Below the pieces are notes generated by a model. The model was given only the letters and a program-made list of their open reading frames with translations, was not told the DNA's origin and did not search any database. The translations under genes were made by a program, and so were the position numbers. From Chrysomallon squamiferum (lineage: Eukaryota; Animalia; Mollusca), in contig CM022673.1 in NCBI GenBank assembly GCA_012295275.1, forward strand, positions 15,934,001-15,998,000: 64,000 nt of DNA, read 5' to 3'. Positions within the stretch are counted from its first letter, which is position 1; every line of letters starts with the position of its first letter. Shown in pieces: positions 40,014 through 53,533 of the stretch.

Positions 40014-43000
40014 CTAATTGTTAATTAGAATAAAAATAACAATAACTAATACTGTCATAAAATGTTGCTACAAGTACTATCCAGTGAAATCTTTCTATCC
40101 GTTTTTCATGTTGAGAGAATGAAAGCTTTTTCATAATTATTATTTCTTTTTGGGTCCATTCATTGTTTTCATTTTATTATGCTGGTTTCTGTTTTGTTTA
40201 GTATGCTGATACTCCAGTTATCATCTGATTACAATATTGTAATCAAGTAATTTATTATTTGGACTTGAAATTTTCTTAAAACTTAAAGAAATATTAAAAT
40301 TTAAAAAATGTTAACCCAAAATAAAAACTACTTACTATTTGTATGTTTTTCATCTCCAGTTCTAGGATTTGGTAGATTTTTCCAAAGTGAACCACCCAAA
40401 CTCTTTCTTGCTGGAAACAGAATCAAAACAATTATTCAAAGCTTACAATTATAATTAATCTCAATTTAAAATCTTTAATGTAAAGATTAAAATATATTTT
40501 TAAAATGAAAAATACATATGTGTTACTTGCAGGAATTATATTATTTTTTTTTTTTTCTTTGATAGCAAATTCAGAACAACTCAAATTACACTCTAATTTC
40601 TTTTATTATTATCATCATAATCATCATCATCATCATCAGCATCTTCATCATCATTATTTGTAGAAGTAGAAGCAACAGTAGCTGTGCTAATAGTAACAGT
40701 ATTATTATTTCAGCATTATTATTATTTTTTTTTGTAAACTGTTGCTAAATTCAGTTAAATAATTTCTACGACAAAATTTCTATGTTTGTTATTTTTAGCA
40801 AATTTAATGCAGATAGTTATCAGTTATAAAATACTAAAATTTCACCTGTAAGCTTGCGCCCAATTTTTGGTTTTTCTTCATCAGTATCAGTATCACCTTA
40901 AAGAAAGAAAGAAATTTAAAATGCTTTGATACAAAACTGGACCATATTTACATGGATGCTGAGCAACACATTTTATTAATGACTGTATAACTCTAAGGAA
41001 AATATTAATGAAATACAAGAGAAAACTTAAAGGCTGCTGTGAATGGTGCTTTACAAATAAATGTATTTACCTGTTAATTCTGACTTTCTTGGAGTTCCAC
41101 TTGGAGTTTTCACAGAATCAGCTGAAAATAAATAAATAAATAAATAATTACAAGATAGCAATGTTATGTTTAATATTGTCCAAACAGAATATTTACAAAC
41201 TTATTTTTTTATCAATGATGACATGGTAGGAGATAGGGATTTTATTTGTAGGGGGGCTCTACCTATTCTTTCTGCCGTTTGGAGAGAGAGAGTTAATTAC
41301 TTCTGAAAAACATTTATAATTACACTTTCTCTCAGCACCAGTAATCATTAACCATGTTATTTTGTCAATTAATGAACACTTAACAAGTATTAATTTTAAA
41401 AATATGTTTTTTAAAAAATAAAAAATAACACCAATAATCATTCATAAATAATAAACTGTTGTTGTTGGTGTTATTATTATTATTATTATTATTACTAATT
41501 TTATTACTTTTATTATCATTAATATTATTATTATTATTACTATTATTATTATTATTATTATTATTTTTTTTTTTTTTTTTATTATTAATACTATCACTAA
41601 TTTTATTATCTTTATCATTATTATTATTATTATTATTACTAATTTTATTCTTTTTATTATTATTATCATTGATATTATTATTATTACCACTAGCATGTCT
41701 CTTTCTGGTTTTCTCTGGAATTGGTACTGTCACTGGTGGTGGTTCTGGTGGGGGTTCTGGAGGATCCAGATCAGGAAGTTCATCTACATCCATGGATGAT
41801 GGATCTTTAGCTTCTATTCGTGAAAAGATATTTTCTTTTTTCACTTTATCTGCTGATGTTGTATTCAAACCTGCATCTTCATCGTCATCCACATCAATGG
41901 GTTCCTTTGTGATACTCTCTACCCAGTCTGCTGTCTTTTTTTCAGACCTAGAATATTTAATGTTTAGTATGTCTAGTTGATGTAAATGTACAATAATATT
42001 GTTATATTTAATTACTAACATATCTAGTTGATGTATGAATGTTGAGTGTTTGTTTGTTTATGTATGTGTATGTATATATATATATATATATATCTAAGTA
42101 TCTATCTATATACAAATACATACTGAATGTAACTGTAATATTTAATTATTAATATATTCAGTTGATGGGTATCTATGTGTATGTGTGTATGTGTATAACT
42201 GTAATATTTAATGCCTAATATAGGTAACTGATGTTTATATGTACAGTATTTAATAATTATGTAACACTGGTACATATGCAAAATCTATCTGATAACTATT
42301 CTAAAGTATTTAATGTTTAGTACATCTACTTAGGTTATATTAAAAATTAAAAGCTAAAATATTTAACATTTATTTAATAGATGAAATCAATAGATGAAAT
42401 GTCATAAAAATTTTAAAAAATTAACTGACAAATAATAAATATTAAAAAGAAATAACATATTTTTAATAAGTAACTGAATATTAACAAATGTATATATATA
42501 TAAAAAATAATAATAATTATTATAATAAATTAAACAAATGATCTGTACTCCAGATTCAATAATTTGTCATCATTCATTTAATTATTTAATTACAATTTAC
42601 TATTTAACAGTTTAATTATGTATGAATATAAGAAAAATTTAAGTTATACAATACTGTATTATTCTGAAGATTTTCCAAAAATTAAATTTTTAGAGAAAAA
42701 TATATAATCTTTGTAAAACAAAAATATCAATTAACTTATAAATTTTAGCTTTTTAACCTTCCAATAATTATAATTAACCATTTCATGCAATTAACTTAAA
42801 GGATAATATGATTTTAAAAATAAAGGTGAAAAGAAAACAGAACATGAAAGATATCCGTGGTGTTGTGAAACAGTATTAGTTAATAATGTTCTGTATACTT
42901 CCAACTGAATGTTTTATTTATATGTGGTTAACATCCTTTATCCTTTGCTAAAAATAAAGTATTACAATTAAAATACTGTACTTCTAATGCAATGGTTGTT

Positions 43001-46000
43001 AAATTGGTCAGTATCAATCCCTGGAGATTGATGGGATTTCCCAAGTGGTCAATAAAAATTCAGGGTTCAAAAGAGGTAGGTCAATAAATATACCAGGATC
43101 ACAGGTACTTTGGCAAGATATATGTATGTGTCTATATTATACATATGTATTGCCAAAGTTTATTTACCTTTAAATAGAGACATATATTATTTATGAAAAT
43201 CTATTTATTTTACATGTCTGTGTGTCAGTGATAGATTAAGGATTCCACAAAGAGGTCAACTGTCTAAAAGGTTTACAACACATTTTACTTGGAATTGTCA
43301 AAAAGTCTTTACAGACAGATCAATACATCACTTGTACTGTGATCTGACATATTTCTGATATCTTTACTAATGATAATAATGAAGCAGGTCTCTAGAAAGT
43401 AATAATTACACTGAAGCATACACAAAATTATTTAATCTGTTTGTGTACACAACCACAGGAAACTTTTCAGATGAGTAATACAATAGTCAAACCAACCATA
43501 AAGTCAGCCTGTATTATTTTCAGAACTGTCAAAATATATTTTTATATTTTAGATCTGGTAATTGATACTAATTCTAATACTTAATTCTCCAAGACTTTTT
43601 AAATAAAGAATATCTTTTCAATAAATGAAATAATAATTTAAATGGAAAAAAATTAATTCCAGTTGCCAGTTACAGAAAATACAATTTTTAAACAAAATAA
43701 CTTCGTTGATGTTGTTGAAAGGTTTTTATTATTTTTTCAATTTATCTGATGTTTAATTAATATTTAAAAATATAAATTGCTTTATATGATCTTTATATCT
43801 TTGAAAATGTTCCAGCTAAAATAAAAAATAAAAAATAATATTTCTCAAAAACGTACCAAAATATAAGTGATTTCTAAGGAATTTTAAATTAACAGAATTA
43901 AAGAGTAAAATGCATTTATCTTATAACTGATTATCTCATAGGTTAGGCTTTATGGCAGGGGTGACATCATTTTGTTAGAATTTAGTAATGAACAAGGAAG
44001 AGAAGATGAAAATGTTAATATATGTTAATGATTATCAAAAAATAAATAAATACAATAATAAACATATTGAAATAATAATAATAAAAACATCTTCTAAAGA
44101 AAGTACCAGCTACTGCTTGGCTATTTGTGTGTGCATGTGTGTACGTGTGCGTGTGCATGTGCATGTGAGCATGTGTCTTTAATAAGCTGATTTACAATGT
44201 CATGTAAAATATCATTTGATGAAATGAAACTGAATATTCTATTCTGACTAAAGAGAAATTATTTATCAATCAACTGAATTTTGTTTTAAATTATTATTAT
44301 ACGTTAATACATTACTTGTGTGTGTTGTACATGTATTAAACACATAAGTGAAACCTGCCTAAACCATTTACTGTAAAATGAATATTAACTTTACAGAGAG
44401 ATTTTTTTTTATATCCAGCATTCACATTTTGGGACTCACAATATCCAAATGCATTGAGTGTATGTTTGTTTGTATGGATGTTTCTATATATGTATGTATG
44501 TATGGATGTTTCTATGTAATATTTATGTATGCATCATAAGTATGTATGTATGGATGTTTCTATGTATATATGAATGTATGTATGTATGTAATATTATGTA
44601 TGCATCATAAGTATGTATGTATGTGTGTATGTCTGTTTTGAATTGTATTAAACTGTGTTGTGTTTATTATACTGTATATATTGTATTCATATGCGTCTTA
44701 CTCATACATTTTTTTATTAATTTAAAAAAATAGGAATTTATTCCAAAATATTCATAAGTGAAGGTTTTAATTAAAAAAAAAAAAAAAAACACAAACAAAC
44801 ATTAAAAAAGGAAAAAAAAGGAAAAATAAAACTTTTTTAAGTGCTGTATTTCTTGTTAATGTTTTTGTATGGTAACTAAATTAAGGTCAGTTTTATTGTT
44901 GTTGCTGTTGTTTTTTGGGGTGGTTTTGATGGGGTGTACTTTTTGGAAAATATTGTCTTTTGGAAATTCCTATAAATGAGTTTAAATAGAAATGGAAGAA
45001 ACTGGATAAGAAATGTTTTGCATAGCTTTTTGTTTCCTATTTATTCATAAGTTGGTTTAAGCAGATTTCAGTATTTTAAAATCTCCTATTTTCATATCTA
45101 CTTATACACATATAAATTATACCAAACAATAATAATCAGCATACCTCATGTGCACATTCTTTGTTAATGTATTTGTAAATAAATATATCTGTAATAATAT
45201 CTACAATAGTTTACAGAATATAAAAATAATAACAATATTAATGTTAATGAAAAAAATTTTGTTTATATTTTAATGTTAAATATTTATTTTTTTATATATA
45301 AATATAGTATTTTAGATTCTATTAATTCCTTTCTTTTTCATGGGTGAAAGTACTGGGTTTTTTAACGTTTTTTATATATGACCCTATAAATTTTGATAAA
45401 TATATTAATTTATATATTAATTTACATATTAATTTACTAAACACTGTCAACCATACACTGAAACAAGAAAAAAAAAAATTAAAATTAAAAAATTTTAAAA
45501 AGAAAGAATGAAAGAAGATAATTACAAAAAAATCATAATAATAAATATAACAAGCATTATCTTGACTCTAAAATTAAAAGTTACTCGAAATATGATATTA
45601 TTAATTTTTTTTAATTCAGAAACATATGTTACTATTTTAAAAAAAAAAAAAATGAAAGTGAAATAAAGTCACCAAAACCAGAAACTGAACTTCCAGCAGT
45701 AACCACAACATCTTTGCTAAGTTTTCAAAGATACAGATTTAAAAGAATCTTTGGAAAAGCAAAGTAAAGATGGGGGCAAAAAAATGAAACAATTTTGATT
45801 AATGTGTTGATACATACATGTCTTAGTATCACCAAAATTATAAAACAACAGGCAAGATATTATGACTTACTAATGTTAAAAAATAAATGATTCCTGATAT
45901 TACTTTTGTTAATAATATATACTGGAAATAGTAACATTTTAAAAAGGTTCAAGGAAATGCTGCTTATTAAGCTTAAAGATATACTGCTCAGATCACCAGT

Positions 46001-49000
46001 CAGTCTGTATTGATCTTTTGTTTCTGTTCAGCATCTAGATATGTGTTTTATGTGCAAGTATGTCTGAGTTCGCATATACAAATTATGTTAAAAAAATAAA
46101 AAATAAAAATTAGATCAGTTGATAACAGAACATGTCATCAAAATTACTGATTTATTCAATTTTTTTTTTAAGCTATTTAAATGTTACTTTCAATCAATTT
46201 TGTTTCACATTTAAAAAAAAAAAAATTATTATTATTAAATTCTTACCATTTGAACAAGAATTTAAGGAGTGATAAAAAAAAAAGATACCTGTTACTCAAA
46301 AGAGAATGTTGTATGTATCTGACTACAGGTTAAAAAGTAGAGTGCAGATGAGATTTGCTGAAACAAAGCAAAGAGAAAGGATAGAAAAGCATCAACCAAC
46401 ATGACTCGCCATTCTTTGCTGTCACCCGAAGTTGAGTCTCGTTTTATCACAATCTTTTTCAATGTCTTCTCTCCTTCAGTCTTCATTGCATTGTCCGACG
46501 ATTTCGTGCTTTTAGACGACCTTCTTCTGGAGTGTGATTAAAAAAGAATACATAATAATTATCATCAAAAGTAACATGAGAATATGAATGATTCAAACAT
46601 TTACTGAAAAAATGCTAAGGCTCTATCCTTTGAATGTAAATTTAAAATTTTGGCTTTCTGTTGTAAACATAAACATTTTTGTCTTGTGCACTTTCAAGCT
46701 GTATTATATAAATAACATAAATCTCTCCACAATATTGAAGATTAAGTTTAAAGTTTTATTGAAGAATTAAAACAGTTCTGACCTAGGGTGATAAAATAAT
46801 AATTTTTTTTATTTGAAGTGTATAAACAAATATTTTTACCTTGTGTCATGACGTTTTGGTTCAACTGATCCTTTTTCTTCTGTAAGGCCTCCTTTCTTCA
46901 GAGAAAAATCACTGCAAAATAAATTAGCAAACTCAGATAATTACACAAATTTAAAATAACATTTAACTGACATTTTCATAAACCAGTCAGCTATTTCAAC
47001 ATTTATTTCTCAACTCTTGAGTTTTCATCATAAAATAAACCTGTTTCAAGTTAAAATAATTTTATTTGACTGTTTTCATAAATAATTCTTAATACACATG
47101 TAATTTATTAGGAGTAAATATTAGTATTTGGTTTTTTTTAATGTAAACTGATCTGCAGTATTATAAATGTTGTTACTTATGTTATTTTTATTTTATTGCC
47201 TGTGTTTGTTAATGCTTATAATGAAGAATACTTTAGTAGTTTACAAACTTAATAAAAATAAATAAATAAAAGAAACAAAATAAAAATGTACCATACTTCA
47301 AAATGCATATTTAAGCTAATGTAAACAAACAAACAAATAAATAAAAATAAATAAAAAACAAATAAAGAAATAAGCAAGTAAAGCAAACCAAGATCTAAAC
47401 CTATCAGAGCTGTGTTCGATTTCTTTATCAGAATCATCATCATCTACTTCAGAACTGCTGCTGTGTTCCGGTTCAATGACTTCACTTTCGTAACCCTCCT
47501 TCTGTCGTTCCACAACTTCAATGAAGTCCAGTTCAGCCAGATACTCATCCCCATACTGCTTACCATCCTGGAAGTTCAATGTGTCATCATTTTTATCAGT
47601 TGGAAATGATTAAATATTGTATTTTAACAAGCAATCTTCCTAAGTTTTTAATTTTTATTTGTTTTTTAAAAGAAGTTCTTTATACTTCTTTAGAAGATAT
47701 TAATGCTTCAATTATGGTAGAGATTACTGTAGAATGTTTTACTATTATAAAACTTTATCATGAGCAAAGATTTGTTGGCAATGAATGGACAATCATTTAA
47801 GATGCTCGCATTTAATTTATGCCATAACTATATATTACTGTATGTAGACTGAAATATTAATAAAATAAAATAAAATAAAATAAAATCATAATTTGTTTTC
47901 TAAAAACCATATGAATGGAAAAAATTTCTTCTCTATTTCTGTGTGGATCTTTGGAGTTACTTGGGTTTTTTTTAAAACAACTATTGAGCAAAATGCTGTT
48001 TGTTCACAGTGAGAGAGACTGTGATGTCGTAAACTAGAGATTATGTAAAAGACTGGAACCTACTTCATTGGCTCCCTTTTCTGTGAGCAGCTGGCCAGCA
48101 TAAATACAGAGAAATGAACCACTAGGTACATCATCTAGACATCGCAAACCCCAACCTCTGTCAAAATTAATTATCAAAATTTGTGCAAAATAGTTCATCA
48201 ATTCAAATCATTTAACAAAATAAATAAATATTAATATAAATTGTTCACTGATTCAAATTATTAAACAAAATAAATAAAAATTAATAAAATATGAATGACT
48301 TTAAACCTTTTTTATTAAATTATCAATATCAAATATCTATTTTCCATTTTCTTTCTGATGGTTGTCTCAGAGTCATCATACATGATAACAAATAATTACA
48401 GTTTAACTGAACATTAACACCATTAAAAAATTAAAATTAAAATTTTTGATAATGTAATTATACTATAGCTCTTTTATCTATTCATTATTTTTATTCTCAT
48501 TTTGGGGCTGTCAGAAATGTATTTTGTGTGTCAGTGTGTGTGTTTGTGTGTGTATGTGCAATAGTAATTAATATATATGTAAGCAAAATGTAAAAAATAA
48601 ATGAATAAAATTTACTTTTTCTCTGTTTTGAAGCACTGAAGTCGAATGGAGAGGCCATTTTGAGCAACTTTATTAACACAGCGATTGTCACAGGAACATC
48701 GACTATTGCATTCATATATCCTGTAATAAATATTTTAAAATATGTCACAACGCAAGATAAATAATACATATTTAGAAAAAATCAAGTGATTTATTTCATA
48801 ATATTTTAATTCTTTCAGTCTATAAAATAACAATATATATACATATTAAAAGGCAACAGTAATAATGACAATAACATCGACAACAACAACAACAATAATA
48901 AAAATTAGTGGTAGTAATGACTAAAATAATAATCGTAATAACATCAAACATAGAAATAATAATAATAATAATAATAATATAATAATATAATAACTAATGG

Positions 49001-51619
49001 TAATAATGACAATAATAATAATCCTAACAACAACAACAACAACATTAATAACAATAATAATAAAGTACATATCAGAAATTAAAAACTTTCTATTCTAAAA
49101 AATATATAAAAATAATCAAGATAATGTGCAATCTAAATGAATATGTAAATAGGAAGATACTACATACCCTGTGAATACTGGCTCATTAAGTCTCCTGTTC
49201 TCATATCCTATAGTATCCTGATCAATCAGTGATTTGGCCTGTTGTATTGTCATCTGTATACATTGGCACTTAGTCCTGTCCTGTTTAAATTATCAAATTT
49301 CAAAAGTAAATAATAAATTTTCTTAATTAATTTTGAAAAAGAACAATAAAATGCCTCATTTAAATAACACCTAAAATATATATGCACTATATCCATCAAG
49401 GTAACATATCTAATGAATGATATTTTGTAAGAATTAACATTTGATGATCATTGTGGAAACAAAATGTCAATGAAATTTAAATATTTATCAATTAAAATTC
49501 AGATATTTTTTTTATTATTATTATTATTGTTATTTTTATAAACATTAGATTTTAATGGAATTTTTTTTCTTTATTTCATCTTATACCCCAAATTACAACA
49601 TGTAATAAATATAATAAAATAATTAAATGAAAAAACAATTATTAACATACCCGGCAACTGTAAACCTCAATCAACAATATGTAATACATAGAACAAATAA
49701 TCAAATGAAACAAATTATCAGCATACTCTACAGTTATCAGTGCAGGTACAGCACATCAGAAAATCTTGATCCAAGTTGATTTTTACTCCTTTAGCTGGAA
49801 CGCGAACATTAGAATATTCTACATAGTCTGGGTATTCTCGATTCACTCCATTCACACATGATATTGGAACATTTTCTTTACCATATGATAAATCTTTTAT
49901 GTCGCAGAACGTCTGGAAAATAAATTTAAAATAAATTATCGAACTAAAACTAGCAGTTTTGACAGTTATTAAGTGTTCCATATCTATATTAGTCAAACCA
50001 GTGTTTTGATTAGCATATGTTTTATAGAAGCCTACTACTTCTTTCTCAGTTTGATTCTGATTTTGATTTTCTAACAAATTATTTCCTTTTACTATTAATT
50101 TTATCCAAAAAATGAACATCTACAGTTCATACAGACATATTTTAATCTGCATAATGTTTCTAAACTTGTGAAATCATTAATCAAAATCAGTTAATAATTT
50201 AATATAAAATATATAACAATTACAGTGTGTTTTATGCACTATAGTAACTAACATTATCAGTCTGCTATATATTTATTGTAATTGTTAAATTTAAAAAGTA
50301 TTGACAATACCTTCATTGGAACAAACTCAGTATGGGTATGAAGATATGGATCATAACAGAACAGGTCGATGGTAAGCTTGGAGTCAGTGATGAGGAGGTA
50401 GTGGTCACATTCTTCAATAGTGCGCAGTCGACGTCCACATGGTGCACGGTACATGACAATACGGCGATTTCGCATCTTGCAGATGTGTCTGTTTTATATA
50501 ATAACAGTTGTGTTTAGAATAACAGTTGTTTTCTAATGAGAATTGAAACATAAAAGACAAACTTTGAAATCTTTTAAAATGGAATCTTGCTAAGCTAAAA
50601 CACAATGAAAAATAACCCTTGGCAAGCATGTATGAATGAATGATTGGAAGTAAACATGGGGACTGAACCAGGTGTGTTTATTAAGGGATGGTTGGGTATG
50701 AATAGAGGACATCTTGATGAAGGATAGATGGACAGATTACAGATGGAAATATTTATATACAGTAAATATGTAGCTGGATGAAAAGATGAATAGAGAGATG
50801 ATGAAATGACTGACACTGAAAATATGATTAGATGAGTGAACAGACTGCAGGACAGATGGAGAGATGATGGACAAGAAGAGGAGAAAATTTGGAAAGATCA
50901 AAGTATGATCCAGAGAGCAAAAGAACAACAGAGGTATGAAAATAAACAGATGAAGAAGACTAGATTACTGGATATATAATTATGAATGAATATTTTTTGT
51001 TAATCCTAACCTTTCCCATCCAAACAACATAGGTTTGCGAAGAGGATTTTTTCCTTTGTGTTTCTGAGGGTCATCATCATTATCTTTCAGACACAAAGGA
51101 CTGCATTGATGTGGAACTGAAAATGAAGATAAATAAATTTTAAATAGAACAAAGGTTCATATTTATATATATATATAAAAGAAAGAAATTGAGAAAATGA
51201 GAGACAGAACTGACCAAGATATAGAGATAAGAAAGTATAAAGGGATAACAATATATGAGAGAAGAAAGATATTAAATATTATTTTCATATTACTTTTAAG
51301 ATATATAGACATGGAAATTATATATTTTAAATGTAACTACAAAATATACATTTGTGAGGGTAAATGATATTTTACATTTTAATTTTATATATTACTATTT
51401 ATTTTATCACATTTCAGTTACTAATGACACTAACTGTATGTGGGTCTCTTCTTATCATTCACATCAATTACTGTGTCCAGTCTTTTCCCCATACCTTCAA
51501 CATCTGTAATATACATGATTATTAATAATAAAGTGTGTATACATGTGTCAGAGACAGAGGAAGACAGGAAGTGGGAGAAAAAGAAAGACAGAGAGTCAGA
51601 AAAATTCAGAGTGATGGAG

Positions 51620-51684
<65 letters not shown>

Positions 51685-51808
51685 CTTAGTAGAATCTATA
51701 ATTCAGACAACCATCTAATCATGAAGAAAATGATATTATTTATCTATAAACATTTTTCTGTTTTATATAAATTTTAAGAATTAGTACCAAAAAAAAAAAA
51801 CAGCTTGC

Positions 51809-51848
<40 letters not shown>

Positions 51849-53502
51849 CAATAACATTAACAACAACAATAACAATAATAACAGCATCAATAATAATCTA
51901 ATTAGATTGTAGCAACTCATGCAGTGTTTCTGACCTGATAAATCGAGTTTAATGATTCTAAATTGTTAAACTGGCAAAACAAACAATAAACATAATGTTA
52001 ATAAATAATGTTAATCATAAACAGAAAATTAAAAAATTCAAATAAAAAGTTCAACAACAAAGGAAAGAAAACCTTTTCTTGTATTCTTACCAATAACTGG
52101 AATAAACAAAAGTAAATAAAACTTTTGGCAAAGAAAGTTTATCTTTGAATGGAACAAACAAGATACTTTAATAAATTTTGTATTTTTCCATATTACTCAT
52201 TTCTTTAATAAAACAAATGACCTAAATACACTATCTCTACTCCCAAGTGGTTACAGGTGACCACACTTTGTTAACAATAAAGAATAACAATAAAATCACA
52301 CATTCACAGGAAAGTACAGGCTTGACATTTTCTGCATCTGTTACTTTTATGACACAGAATACTGAATTATGGTATCCATATCTAATGATACTGTGTGGGG
52401 AGATATTAGCCAAACAGTGCAGTAATGGACACATTTGAGTCAATTTTTAAGGCTTTTTGCAATTTTTGTGACAACTAGGGTGATATGTGAAGTAAGAACA
52501 AATAAATGTGACTGTTACAAACTTAATCTAATAAGTGATAAAAAGGATTTAATAATACTATTACAGAAAAGTTTATATATAAAAATGTTGTTATTGTAAG
52601 ACAACTGAAATCACTGACCATCCCCCTCTGTCTCCACAGTGGCTAGTCTTTCCTGCAGGACACTGGCCATGTCCCGGCCAATCACCTTGTTTGTGCTGAC
52701 ACTCACTGGGTACTGTTCTGAAAAATAAAAAGTAATAAAAACTTTATAGTACATGTAATTGGCTAGACAACACACCTTTTTTTCTTATCATTTTCTTAAT
52801 GCTTAATTCATATACTTAATACAATATAAATTTAATCTATGAACAAACAAACTATTGATTTTTTTAATACTTTCAAATAATTGTTTATATGTTAGACATT
52901 TGCCTTTGCTAATGAGAATGTATAACAATATAACAAGCCTGTCTTGATATATAAAAGTAGCCATTTTTTTATTTTTTTTTATTATATCACTGCAATATGA
53001 AAGCCCTAAAAACCACTGCAACAATGTTAATGAGAAAGTTAACATTCCTATCAACAGCTTTCTAAAAGGTAAACTTGACAGGTAAACCTTCACATTTAGA
53101 AAATTAAATTATTTTCTCAAAAAAAAAAAACCAACAGAAAAATAACGAAAACCTTTAGCAGTCGTCTCTTTAACATCAGGACCAGAAGGCACTGTCGTAG
53201 CTGATGCCTGCCTTTTCTGTGCTGCCTTCACCCAAGGTGCTTCCCACTGACCCCCACCAGAGTTCTGTGGCCCTCCTAATCGAGCACCCCCTGTACTTTT
53301 CTTAGCAACTGAACGCTTCTTCTGATCCTTGCCAAGCTGCAACTGAGAAACAGGACTGCTGCTGTGGTTGTTGCTGTCCTCTGATGTCCCCCGTGTGTAC
53401 TCAACAAGTGGTTTCTTGTTTGCTTTAATGTCAACATTGTGTAGATGGCGACGACCACCTGTACCTGCAGCTCTGATTGCTTCAGCATTAGCCTGATTAA
53501 TG

Positions 53503-53533
<31 letters not shown>

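Noticed and set aside
41380-41687. Poly-Asn/Lys extension of ORF 41380..42021
   Set aside because: Intronic (AAT)n microsatellite read through after the donor at 41687; the spliced frame continues cleanly at 41121.
52354-52398. Intronic hairpin with an internal loop followed by an ANANNA-like box (H/ACA snoRNA candidate)
   Set aside because: I could not find a convincing second hairpin with a terminal ACA; it needs snoReport or Rfam to reconsider.
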